Under the pieces are notes generated by a model that worked only from the letters and a program-made list of their open reading frames with translations, had not been told where the DNA came from and made no database searches. Both the position numbers and the translations under genes were made by a program. From Marsupella aquatica (Eukaryota; Plantae; Marchantiophyta): 64,000 nt of DNA. The stretch covers positions 10,049,660-10,113,659 of the forward strand of contig OZ316893.1 of the NCBI GenBank assembly GCA_973895155.1, given 5' to 3'. Positions 46,701 to 59,314 of this stretch are shown in pieces; position 1 is the stretch's first letter, and every line of letters starts with the position of its first letter.

Positions 46701-49079
46701 GTTTTGAACTCAGGCCAGAATATTACAAAATAGACTGGCCAGCTAGACCGGCTCGGACCCGAGTGTTAGGCCGAAATTACAAGTCAGGTAATTTCGATAT
46801 GATCTCTTGACTAACCCGGTTTTGTGGTTCACTAATGTTGTTGGTGCAGTGGCATGATGTTCCGATTAAGTGGCATGATGTTCCGATTAATTGACTTCCA
46901 AATACAGGACATCTACGCCAACCTGACAACTTAGTTTCCAAGAATCAGCAGTCATTACAATGTTCTAATGTCGCGGCCACCTTCGCCGGTTCATGGCCTT
47001 TCGGCTCACTTTAGTACATTCAAGAATGACCGTCCCGAACTGTGCTGATCACCGTTTGTGATAAAGTTGAATTTTCAACACAAACAAGGACAGAGAGTTG
47101 CGGCGGAACATATTTGGGTGTAACCAAGCAACGAGTATGTTAGTATCTGACTAAAGAGCAGAAGACTGACCTGGCGTTCATGAGTTGCTCCGCTGACAAA
47201 GGCCAGGAGATCAGAGGCACACCCGCACAAAGGCTCTCCTGTGTTGAGTTCCACCCGCAGTGAGACAAGAAGCCACCAGTGGAAGGATGAGCTACTATCC
47301 TGACCTGAGGAGCCCAACCTGTTTCGATGATGCCTCGCCCCTTGGTTCGCTCTAGAAATCCTTGAGGAAGTACCTCGGATAGACCCAAATTCGCAGGCAC
47401 CCTTAGAGCCCATAGGAACGGCACTCCACTCGATTCAAGCCCAGCTGCCAACTCCATTATGGAGTCCAGTGGAATCGCTCCCAAGCTTCCAAATGCCACG
47501 TAAAGGACGGTATTCTTTGCCTGATTGTCTAACCATTCTAAACAATTGCTCAAGGTCACCGTGGAAGTGAAGACTTTACCGAACCCGGGATACTGCAGCG
47601 AAGGGCCGATGGGCAAAATCCTGGTAGAGGGCAAGAGTTCCCTCGCGGCAGCAATCGATCCTCCCAGTGAATCCAGCTCTTCTGAGGCATTTAGTAAAAT
47701 TGCCGAGGCCCGTTTGGTCCGGTCTATCACTTCCTTATAGAACTCCTCAAAGAAAAATACCTCTTCTGTGAGATCTCGAATGCGAACGGATGGGAGTCCC
47801 GGGAAAGTGGGTTCCAGGAGGTCATTCAAATTCGGTGATGTCAGGGGATGTATCCCGGCTTCAATCATCGCGGAACGGTGCAAAACATTCACGAGGAATG
47901 AAGGGCCGGTCGAGAAGTATGTGTACCAAGGAACACCTAACTCGTCCGCTAGGTCCTGCATCCAATAAATGCATTACAAACATGCTCCACAGTCAAGCTC
48001 ACTAAGTTGCATTAGTGCAGCTAGATCTCGTGGCTAGCCAAGACGGAGATACAAACCAATAAAAGAAACTCTAGCTACGTACGGATGTAAGGAACAAATT
48101 ATGAAAGGCTTTTAACGATCACGAACACCTTAGCTGTCTCCAAGGTGAGTTTCAACTGGAACTAGTTCAAGGACTCTAACTCGGAAGCCATCTTCTCAGA
48201 ATTGAATTGAAACATCGGCAATACACAACAACTGATGACCGCCCTTTATGATAAAATACATACGTCATGTCTCAGGTAGCTAAGATTCACCTTATCCCTT
48301 GAGTTGGATTTCCGGAACTTCTTCTTTGGAAGCAATGAAGTTAGAAGTTAAAACTTCACGAACACTAAAGAGCTCCCTCTATCCGAAGATCGAAATGTAA
48401 CTTTGGAACCCGCACATCATCCAGATTAGCTAGCCAGCTGAATGATGTGCAAGCAGAATATATGTACCAATGTGATATATATGGAAGCTTGACAGATTAA
48501 TAAACCTGGGGGCAGCTGTTGAGCTAGAGTTCAGGAAATCAACCTTGGCCCACATCTAAGCTGGATGATGTGCAAGCAGAATATAGTGATACGATATGAG
48601 GGCTTTGCACATAATTTGCCTGGGAGCTCTGGAGTGTTCGGAAAACCAACCTTGGACCATTGTTGAAACATATCAGCAACGATTGCCGTAGGTCCGCCAG
48701 AAGCATCCTTCTGCGCGACCAGCTTTTCCCTGAATGGCTGACAGTCCTCGAAGAATTTATGGCTAGTGGTGGCCGACCGAACTGGGAATTGTGGGTCCGC
48801 AGCGTACACAGGAATCTCGCCGAATGCTTCCTCCAAGCGCAGGTCGAGGCCCTTCAGGTCACCCTTGAGTTGCAGCTTCTGAAGGTCTGCGATCCGGTCC
48901 TTGTTCGCCCACACCGTCACTATCAGACCCGGATAGTTTTCTTCCAGATGGTACAGCAGCTGTGCCTTGGGAACGAAGTGACTCGGAAATGCTATGGTCA
49001 CGAACAGCACATGCGCTTTATTGCCCTTCTTCTCTCCGTCATTTGCGACTCCATCTGAATGTCCGTTCTTCAAAACCAT
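43737..49079 (-). CDS. Family-1 UDP-glycosyltransferase (UGT), 3 exons: 49079-48651, 47955-47171, 43989-43737; 488 aa
   Basis: N-terminal catalytic His (FPSH), ADMF, LYVAFGS, full PSPG box WAPQVRIVAHPSTGGFLSHCGWNSTQESLCAGVPLISWPLSAEQ. GT-AG introns give an open 1467-nt CDS. Confidence 0.93.
44501..44638. repeat. 69-bp tandem duplication in UGT intron 2
   Basis: ACCAGCAT...AAGGATGAACACGCT...GCATTGTATGCATCG occurs twice. Confidence 0.8.
46336..46659 (-). mobile_element. TRIM (miniature non-autonomous LTR retrotransposon) with tRNA-like sequence in both LTRs
   Basis: LTRs 46336-46472 and 46531-46659 (TGTTG...CAACA), TSD TGCTC, 58-bp internal region with PBS TGGTATCACAGC and PPT AAAGGAGGG. A box TAGCTCAGTGGTAGAGC and B box GGTTCAATTC in each LTR. 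Confidence 0.93.
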
Positions 49080-52000
49080 TGTTTCTCTCGCTCTCTCTCT
49101 AGCAGGTTGCAACTCCGAACGCAGCTCAAGATATGGACTGGATCAAATGGATCGAGCTTCCCGTCTGGTGCTGGGTCCTTCCAGCTCGATCTACAAATCT
49201 TATAGGAGAAATGCGGGGGTGGGCAGGCAGGCAGGCAACCTCCCAAACAAACTCCGTACATGATCTACATACCCATGACGTCAAGACAGTAGACTATCAG
49301 GACTCTCACACCCCGCTGATGAAGAAGTCAAGAATCTGATCGCTACGAGATTGAGATCCTTGTCTTCACGAGTTCCAGGGTCTCATATATATTATTTTGT
49401 GTTTCTGTTGGCAGCGAAGTCTCTCTGAACCACGTGCGTGCTATCACGGTTGCAACCAGGCAGGACAGAGAAGCTCGAACTTCAATTTGACGACGATTGA
49501 GAGAGAATGAGTAATGAGAATCCGGATGATGCTGACCCAATTCAAACCAGAGTCCATGAGTGGTGGGTGTAGTCATTTAGTTCGCTATCGTGATTGGCCC
49601 TAAAATGGCCCCAAACAGCATTGTGCGTAGTAAGTTGTCACAACCATCATATTCGAGAGATTACACTACTTGAACCTCGACTTTGTCTCTCGTTTGACAA
49701 AAAGTTTCGTGGTGGACATCCGAAGAGACTTTCTCTCCCTGGGCCCAAAAGTCTCAGATTCTCTCCCCCTAGAACAAAAGTTTCAAATTCTCTCCCTCTA
49801 GACCATTCGTTTCATATACTAGCCAAGGCTACACCTTCTTTGAATGTGACCCTAGTGCACATTCTTTGAATGTGAATAGAGGGGAGGGGAGGACAATAAA
49901 AATATCACCAAAATATATACCTTCCTCATATTCTTAGAATGATAAAAAAAAAATCAATCATTTTAATAATCATTCATAACATATAATATTATTTTTTATG
50001 CACATATGTGATGGTATGGGCATGGAACCCATTTTCTAATGCAAATAGAAATTATAACAAAAAGTATGTATCATTATCATTTGACATATGTCATAGTCAT
50101 GAATTTTCCATCATGGACATGATGAGCATTGATGTAAGGTCTAGAGGCTTCACTCTATAAGCCTAGGCTATCACTCTAGCTTATAGTTGGTGTTTTATAA
50201 GTAAGATTTTAGTACCTCGTGATGAGGGCCCACTCTTTGCAACCATATCCTTATCAGGTGCTCTAAATACATTCTGTTTTTTTAGTACTGAATTCCTTAT
50301 TAGTCAAAAAGGAAATTACTTTGCACCTATTTATAAAGCACTTCCACACATTATTAATAGTAGACCCAAATTTGGCATTTTATTCAGCCTTCATGTACTA
50401 TATGGAAACAGCTTTTCATGAACCTGTCCCCCTAATTAGCATAATTTAGAGTGGTGTCCCCCAGACAATTTTATTTTCTAAACTGACCCCGTTCCATAGC
50501 TAGATGGGTTAGTATTGCCTTACTTAGTATACATCACTCAACTCTGTCCTCATTAGCATAAGGCCTCCTGCTGCCAGTGGCAAGGCACCATTGGCTGCAT
50601 GTTAACTTGTTGATCTCCCCCCTCCCCGTACTCTGCTGCAGGAACATACTTTGGCTGGCAACACCGGGAAGAGGGACATACAAGTTAAAGTACACAGCCA
50701 ATGGCACCTCACCACATGGTGGCCAGAGGCCCTACACCACGACAAAAACTAAGTTACGTCTACCGAGGCAACACTAACCCATATACAAAATGCGGGTCAG
50801 GTTAGAAATAAATTAATTTTGTTTGGGGGACACCTTAGTAAATTCCATAACTTGATCATCCGAGCCTTGATCCGAGCCTTGACCCAAGATTGATGGCCTC
50901 TTTCAAAGCTCTTTGTCATGTAATTAGTTAAAGCCTTGACCCTTAATTATAGTCCTTAATTATAGTCTTGACCTGTGACTCACTACCTGAATTTCAAAGC
51001 TCCCTGGTGACTTGGTACCTCTTCCCATGGGAGAGACAAATAAATGCTTCAGGATAATGTCAGCCTGTCTCCTATTAACTACTCAGACTGCTTGAAAATT
51101 GGGGCCAACACTATGACCAGTGGGGACAGGGGACAGGTACCAAGTGGCCCAAGATTAATTTATTCTTGCTTTAGGTTGGTTCAGAAAACGGATTGCAACC
51201 CTAAAATATTCTCACAAGTTTTGAGCTGGAAACACATAAGACAAGCTATTTACTTTCTACAGGACCAAGGGCACACCAAAACAATATGGTACACAAGATT
51301 GACGGCCTTGTCCCTGGCCTAGTCAAACTCTCTGTCTTGCAATGAATTAAAGTCTTGACCATTATTAGAGCCTTGACCCAAGACTGATGGCTTCACTTGC
51401 AAGGCTACTTGTCTTGTAATTAATTAAAGCCTTGAGCCTCTTGACCCTTGATTGCAATCTTGACCCGATACTGACGGCATGACTTCCAGAAAGCTCCTAG
51501 GTGACTTGCTACCTCTTCCCATGATTCAAGAATACTGTCCCCGCTTTGTCATTAATTGCTCCTTGATTTTCCCCCACATCCCATCGGAAGATTCTCCCCA
51601 TTTCAGGGTCCCACTTCATTCCCGGGGTCCTTCTTATCGCACGAAAGTAAGTATAGGTTTTATTTATTTGATTGAAAATAATACCTTTAAATTCCTGTAG
51701 AAGAACATTAGAATTCTTAAATACAATTTTGAAAATTATAAGAGAAGATAGAGTTTAGAAATGAATTTTGAGAATAATTTTAGAATTCAACATAGTTACA
51801 CTATTCACCTTCATTAGTATTATGCAAAAATCAGCGTTAGTGCAAAATTAGTGTTAATAACACTGGCTAATTTTGCTTACATGATTTTTGAGTCCAAGTA
51901 ATGCTAATTTTTTTTAGTTTTGTAAAATACTTACTCTTGTGTCCAAAGTAACAGTAATTTTGTGTATTTTTCAAAATAGTTTTTTCCCTTCTATTTTTCT

Positions 52001-53025
52001 CTTGAGACCTCAGTAACACTAGTTCATGTGTGCAGAAATAGTATAGCACAAAATTAATGTGACAGTAACTCGCAAGTAGACCCTGAAAATTGATGCTCTC
52101 AAAATTATGTTAGTCACACAAATGACAGTGAACAGTATAGTTATCTTGTCCTGTAGCAAATTAAATGAATGTATATTCCATCTTATTGAGTTTAACTGAA
52201 AAATATAGTCTATTAATATGGTTATATATATTTATTATTGTGGACATGATGCAGGTTGGCTTTTAGGGGTAGGCACAAATGTTGGCTCATGGCTGCTCAT
52301 AGTGGAGGAGAAGAGGAGCCAGTGCAAAATGAGTGGCATTTACAGCTAGTTTATGATGAGTCATTGTCAAATTCTTACAAGATTTAAGTGCATAGCCTAA
52401 TGGTATGAACCAAGCTGGGTGAAGAGGTTTGCAGTTAGATTCCTGGTAGCATTCATAATGCTTTTGTTTTACCATGTTAGAGAGGGAAGGAGATTGCAAG
52501 CAGCAGGCTGAATCGAGCATTCTCTCCCTGAACCGTAGCTGCAGCCCATAAATGCAACCTAGTATACCCGCCCATGAGTAAATTTGTGATGGAGGCGTGA
52601 GCTCCTGATGCCTTGACAATTTCATCATTGGGGCAGGTGAGCTTGTGGAAAGAGTTGGAGCACGTAGGAAATAATTGCAGCATGTATGATGGAAAGGAAA
52701 CACAATTGGATTTTCAGGGATCCAACAAGGGATCAAGCAAGAATTTGAGTTACAAAATTTTGCAAGATTTTGCAACAACATTTGGACCTAACAATTGAGC
52801 AGAATCAACTAGAAATCAGCAGAATTAAAATCAAGCACCAATGAGGGATGGAATGGAAGGGATTCAAAGGACTGTTAGATGAGAGCTTCAGCTCACAATC
52901 CCCTGGCTTGCAAAAATTGGATAGCATGGGTCAAGAAAATTTACCTCAATGCTTATGTGGACGGAGAATGCGAGACGAGACGGAGCTCCTGGCTATGGCG
53001 GCCCGGTAGGGCAGCCGGCGGCAGG

Positions 53026-55221
53026 ATGAATCGAAGCACCATTACGAGGAGCGAGCAGAGTAGGGAAACAATGGCGACGAAAGCTAGGCAAACGAACATG
53101 GAATATCAAACCGAACTCAGAAGGAATAGTACGACACAAAGTGGAGCGAGCACACTGACTCGGGGAACAGGGAAAGCAAGTACACTATCGATCACTGACA
53201 CGGAACCGAGTCAAGAGATTAATGGTGTAGGAAACATGCAAGATTGAAGCAAGGAGCAAGCAAACGAGCGAGCAGGAAAAATGGCTGCTGGGCAGGATTC
53301 TACACAGTTGAGCCCAGGAAAAACTGACATAGCGACCCACGCAACCACACGCAAACACACCGCCTGGCAAACCAGAACGCATGAATCTCAACACAACGCT
53401 GAAGGAGACATGGACACCCACCATGGCTGCCGCGGCCCACCACAGCATAACACTAGATCTCTAAACGGGGGGCTCTACCAAACCGGGGACACCCATCAGG
53501 GGACAGCTACAATAAAATCGATGGAGATCGTGCTGGAACAGAATGGAGAACAGTCCCGGTTTGGCTTCCGGGATCCTGAATGGAATCTGGACGAAGACGA
53601 CTTGCTTAGCAACCAGACGGAGGAAGACGAGCCAGAGAACCCATACGACCACAATCTAGATAAGGAAGCTGGCATGCATGTGTCTGACGACGACCTATGG
53701 GAACAGCTCGCCCATCTCCCCAAGGTCCCCAATGCCCCCTCACCAGGTATGCGAACAGCAAAGCTAATAGTAGACAAGAACATAGTAGCGAGTAGAATAT
53801 TGCATCTTCAGAATCAAGGAATCATATTTTACACTGTCGACTTCAACCCATCCAGGGACTTCTTTGAAGCTTGGGCACAAGATGTGATCGGCTTCCGTAT
53901 GCAGATCAACATTGAGCAAATCAAGGTGCTATCCAGGTACACCTTTTTAATTGTCGTCTTGACACCATTGGAACAAAAAGCTATTCTGCTAGAACCATAC
54001 CTCCAGATGGGGCGGAGGATGGTTGTGGCTATGCCGTGGACCCCTGATTTTGATTCCATTGCTATGCGGTCCACAAAGGCACCGGTCTGGGTGGACCTCC
54101 CATTGCTCAATCCTGCACTAGAATACTATGCTAATCAAATGCTCGCCAAAATTGGCACTGTCCTTTATGCTCAAACCGCACAAGCAAGAAGTAAATTCTC
54201 ACACATTAGAGGATGTGCGCTCTGCAACCTGAACGAGGATTTGGTAGAATACATTGATCTCACCATTCCTAACATAGGCAGCTATAGAGTTGATGTAATC
54301 TATCGAACCATTCCAGATGCGTGCTTTGCCTGCAAAAAACGTGGCCACATTGCCAGGTACTGTCCTCTCAAAGCTTGGAAGGAGAACGGCAAACCGGGCT
54401 CAACTCACAGAGGAACACACACGGAAAAAAATGAGCGAACACAACCTAAGACAAAGGAAATTGACGGGGACGGATTCATCACCGTCAAGGGGAAGAATGC
54501 GCAAAGAGGGAAGGCACAGGGGGAACAAACACTACCGACAGAGATCCTAAAACGGAATGCGTTTGAATCCTTAGCGAACGAGGAAGCACTAGAAGAAGGG
54601 GAGATCGAGAGCGAACACACAACAGAAAACGAGGCAAAACACAGCAGTATGACAGAAGAAATTGAAACCTTATCTTCCCCCACTCAGAGAACACTGGAAA
54701 ATCAGAGTCGCAAGGCATGTGACATTGCGCAAGCGGCTGGGCCAATAGAAAATCAGGGAGAAGCAGAAAACATCAATGTATTACAGGACTACAAGGAGGA
54801 GCATCCAGGGGAGACCACGCCAATGGAGACTGAAAGTGCCAAAAACGCATGCAAAGCTGACGCATCTCCTAATAGGGGATAGGAGACAGAAAACATTGGC
54901 TCACCCAAGCGAATAGATATCCCTGCGAGACAACCCCCCAAAAAAACAAGGAAAAATCTGAACACCGGGGCGACGCCCAATTTTGCAAGCAATCGGAGGA
55001 TGGCGGAGGTAATTCCTGAGGAGATTCCATACAACCAGTTGGGCAGCCCTGAAAACTCCAAGCTCTTGGACAAACAGTCACAACCCGAGCTGTTACGGAT
55101 AAACCACAACACCACGAGGACACATTCAAACTCGGAACAGACGAAGTCAGCATCAAGCACGGTAGCCAGAAGGGGATTTGGAGAGCAAGGCAGTGGAGCC
55201 CGCAGCACCAACAACAAATAG
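53026..55221 (+). pseudogene. L1 LINE ORF1
   Basis: DUF4283-like region (MPWTPDF, PVWVDLPLL) and zinc knuckle CFACKKRGHIARYC. One frame with in-frame stops at 53245 and 54880. Start uncertain. Confidence 0.8.
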
Positions 55222-55231
55222 ACTGTTTACC

Positions 55232-56959
55232 ATGATGGAGCACAATCTCAAAATTTGCCAATGGAATGTTAGGGGCCTCAATGACCCGGTGAAAGTTAAG
55301 CAAACTGTCAGCAGTTGGATAAGAAGGAACAAACTAGAAGATGCAATCTTCTGCATATAGGAACTCAAGATCAAGGAAACTCAGGCCTTGTTTCAGCTTG
55401 GTCTGCTGAATCCGAAGGGCATAAATCTGGTAGACTGTGACTCAAATGGGCGAGTTGGGGCAGCGCTGGTGATTCCACCTCACCTGAAGGTTGTTGGGCA
55501 GGGCCGGAGAGGCGATGGAACACTGGTATGGGCCAGAATCCAGACTGAGAGTGGAGAGCTCAGCATTGGTTCCATTTATGCTCCAAACGTCCGTAGAGAG
55601 AGAATTGCACTTTGGAGGTGGCTTACTACCCAGACGAGCCAAAACAACTGGGTACTGAGTGGAGACTGGAATATGATAGAACTTTGGGATGATGCGATTG
55701 GCCCCTCTACCCTGATTCACGGAACTGAGAGCAGAATCTGGAACAAATTCGTCGAACACTTGGACCTGGTCGACAATCATCTGTGCGCCGGGGAGAGGAA
55801 GGGGCCTCACTTCACCGGGCAATCATTTCATGCCAATAGGCTCGACCAATCTAGGCTAGATTGCAACTACAGCAGCAACAGAAACGCTTGGTGTGAATAC
55901 ATTCAGAGCAGTGAGCATGACGGGAAAGAAACCCTTTCGGATCACATTCCTGTGATTACCACGTTTGTCCTCAAAAATAGAGCACCCACGGGCAAACAAC
56001 ACAAATCAACATATTTCAAGATGGACGCAGCTATGCTGGACTCACCTGACATCGAGAAAGCGGTAGCTGACATCAGGTCCGATCAGATGGTGGCCACCAG
56101 GGATCCAAGGGTTAATTGGGATTTAGCTTGGGGAGCAGTGAAAAAACTTCTGCAGATTGAGAAGCGCCGGATCGCAAAAAACCGGGCCTCCAGGCACCCC
56201 GGACATCAACTCCAGAACCTCAGAATGGTAGCATGTCGCTCGGCTAACACGCTGGAGATGGAGGAAATGAAGAAGGAAGAAGAGAAAACTAGAAAGCTGG
56301 CTCAAGACGAGGCTCGCAAGCTGAGACAACGAAGCAGGGTTAGGTGGCTACAATTTGGAGAAGCACCTACAAAATATTTCTTCAATCTACTCAAGACGAA
56401 GCAGGCCAGAGAAAGCATCAAAAGACTCAGAACTTCTGACGAGGAGGTTACTGAGGACAAAGATCAAATCCTTCGGGAAGTCTCGTCATTCTATACTAAG
56501 CTCTACACCAACGACCACTCTGTGCAGAACCACCTTGATCTTCAGGAGGAAGTATTGAGCCGCCTCAAAAAAAAAGTCACCAGGAGAGAGAATGAATCCT
56601 TGACTAAGATTCCCAGCGCTGAGGAAATTGAAAACACAGTCCACGAGCTTCCTAAGGACAAATCGCCAGGGATTGACGGGGTCACTGCCGAGATGCTAAG
56701 GAAAGGTTGGGACTACATGAAGCCAGCTTGTGTGGCCATGGTACAAGCTTTTTGGCACGATGGAATTCTCTCCTCCAAAGCTGCAACTGGAGTCATCAAG
56801 CTGATACCTAAAACCCATGAGGTGTCAGAGCTAAGCAACTGGAGACCCTTGACCATGCTAACCACCACAGAAAAACTCATCGCCAAGATTATGGCAAATC
56901 GACTGAAGAAGATTGCCAACACACTTGTTGACCCACAACAGACGGGATTTTTGGAAGAG
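55232..56959 (+). pseudogene. L1 LINE ORF2 (AP endonuclease and start of RT), cut by a gypsy insertion
   Basis: WNVRGLN, CI*ELK (TAG at 55358), SIYAPN, GDWN, SRLD, SDHIPV, KSPGIDG, WRPLTML, QQTGF, then an abrupt switch to LTR sequence. Confidence 0.9.
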
Positions 56960-58443
56960 TGGTGGACCTCGCCACCCAGCGCCCTCACCAATCCCAGCAC
57001 TTGCACCTAAGTGCCCTTGGTGCCCGAACGCCTCCACGGAATACCTCGAGCAAGCATCCAAGTGCCTCTAGCACCCCCAGCGGCCACTCCCATACAAAGC
57101 CACACTTGCTCACCTACACGACCGCTACTCAACGGTCCTCATTGTCTACACAAGTAACCAAGTACCTCGGTAAGTAAACCCATCGGATCTAGAACTCGCC
57201 CAGTCTAGCATCCTAACTCAAGCTCAACATACGTTGATAAATAGGTCAGCGATAGGTCCTCCCGATGCCATAAGCCGGAACCAGAACCCACACCCACTGT
57301 CCGTCCAGGACAGCTCCTTCCTTGGGCGCGGCCCGGGTTCCCCCTCGTACCTATCCATCACCAACTGACCGCCCTGACCTCAGGACATACTCATGGCCCA
57401 AATAGTGTAGGTTGTCCTAAAGCTTGTCTCAACACGCCGGGACCAGAACGGCCCTGACTCTAACACCGACTCCCGGTTTGCCCCACTGATGGTCTAGGGA
57501 CCGAGCGCCCTTGGGACCCAGCCTCCATACCTACTTGGCCTTGCCTCCCCAACGCAAGCTCCCTTGGGAGGCTGAACGCGGCTTGGCTGCTGTTCGGCAA
57601 AATTTGGCAAGCGGGCGAGCTAACACCCGAAAACCACGAGAACCCATGGCACCCCCAGACCCAGCTGAGCTCAGGAGGGCATAGCCCTCCTCAAGAGCTT
57701 TCCAACGCACCTAAGAAGTCCTCCAACGGACTTCCCGTTGGGAAGATATCGCCATTTTCGTTTGGCGATTTCCCTTAGTGTCGCGATCGCCGCGGCTCAC
57801 GACTTCGGCTCGCCCTTAGCCCCTAGGGAAACACCACTCCCCTCATATATGCTTCTGGAGACCTGCCACCCCCGGACCAGCTTTGGTCCCGAAACATTTG
57901 GCCCCCAACCCGGATCCCATCGCGCATAATGGGCGCGCCACCAACTGGCAACGCCCATAACTTTCTTGATAGGCATCCGCAAGCGGAGTGCCTTAGCCCG
58001 TTGTAACCGGGCCGACCCAGTGCTCATGCCTAGGACCTCAGGTCTGATCGCCGCTCGGGGCCCCCGACCGGCCCAACCCGGCTCGGGCCACAACTTGCGC
58101 CCCAAGCGTCCGTTGCCAATGGCGTCAACTCCATTGGCCTTGGGCCCAAGAGGAGCTCACTTCCAAGCCCTCAGAACTCAAAGCCCATCCGACGGTCCGG
58201 ACGGCCATCCATGAGTCCGGCCCATTTCCCCTTGACCCGACCAACCATAGGCTAGTCCAAGTCCTTAGTTTGTGTCCCCAGCTTGGCCCCTTGCTTCGCC
58301 AATGCCACGTCTCATTCCCACAAGACTCCCCATGCTAAGTCCTCCCCGGATGGCCTATCCGGGCCTGGACCATAAGGGAGCTCGGCGTCAAAGTCAGAGA
58401 CGCCGGAGCTAAGTGTTAAGGTAGTCGAGTTCCGCGACTTGCA
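56960..58443 (-). repeat. Probable 3' LTR of the chromovirus (about 1.48 kb)
   Basis: On the minus strand it begins TGCAAG directly after the PPT AAGGGGGGG (58444-58452) and ends CCACCA where LINE ORF2 homology stops. The partner LTR is not in the window. Confidence 0.7.
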
Positions 58444-58876
58444 CCCCCCCTTAAAAATGGTCACGTCCGCGTGACCTAAGTAAATGTTCCAACACGCCTA
58501 GACCACTTTGGGCCTTAAAAATTTTATGAGGTAACAAATGGTTTGCCCATAAGGCTGATGCAAACCAAGTTGGTATGCACATTCCAAACTTAGGAAATTC
58601 CAACCTATCCCACTTATCCGAGTAGGATGCCAGTCCAAACGGGTAAGCTAACTCCAAACTCGTCGGACCCCTTGTCCTCCCCTTGGGGCACTCCCCATTG
58701 GTTCGAACTAGCCCGCCCACAGATGTAGGGCGGGCACCATCAACTTCCACTCGCAAAAGCAAATCAGCCGCCCAACAACCTCTAGCCCCAACGCAATCCG
58801 ACTTTATCCTTAAGAGGCCGAGAGGAGTGAAACTAGGATACAACTCACAAAGGTAGCTACAGTTGTCTGTACCAGT

Positions 58877-59314
58877 TCACAACGGCGGTAGGCCGCTTCG
58901 CTTACGATAGCTTCCAAGGATCTCTGAGGCATTACCCAAATTTTCCTCCGGTTCCCAAGTACTCTCGGCCTGATCATAGCCAGCCCACTTCACCAAATAC
59001 TCTAAGATTTGCCTTCCCAACTTGCGTTTGTAACGGTGGTCCAGAATTGCCTCCACCTCAAACTCCTCAGTGTCCTCCACCAGCATGGCATCCGGACGCA
59101 AGACCTGATCCCGGTTGGGATCATCGTCTTTGACAAATTTCTTGAGCCGGCTAACATGGTAGCTTTTGCCCACGCCCATTTCCTTGGGTGTCTCCAACAC
59201 CACCAAAACCGGATTATCCTTGTGGGCCCATCGTATAATGCGATAGGGCCCCGCATATCTGGGAGCCAGCTTCCTACTTATGTTCCCGTGGTATTGCTCA
59301 GGTCTCAACTGCAC
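58877..59314 (-). CDS. Integrase C-terminus: GPY module and chromodomain
   Basis: KLAPRYAGPYRI; EFEVEAILDHR...YLVKWAGY..AESTWEPEENL. Confidence 0.9.
   Translation of the reverse strand: MQLRPEQYHGNISRKLAPRYAGPYRIIRWAHKDNPVLVVLETPKEMGVGKSYHVSRLKKFVKDDDPNRDQVLRPDAMLVEDTEEFEVEAILDHRYKRKLGRQILEYLVKWAGYDQAESTWEPEENLGNASEILGSYRKRSGLPPL

Noticed and set aside
52287-52798. ORFs of 60-164 aa upstream of the LINE
   Set aside because: No recognisable motifs or coherent splice structure.
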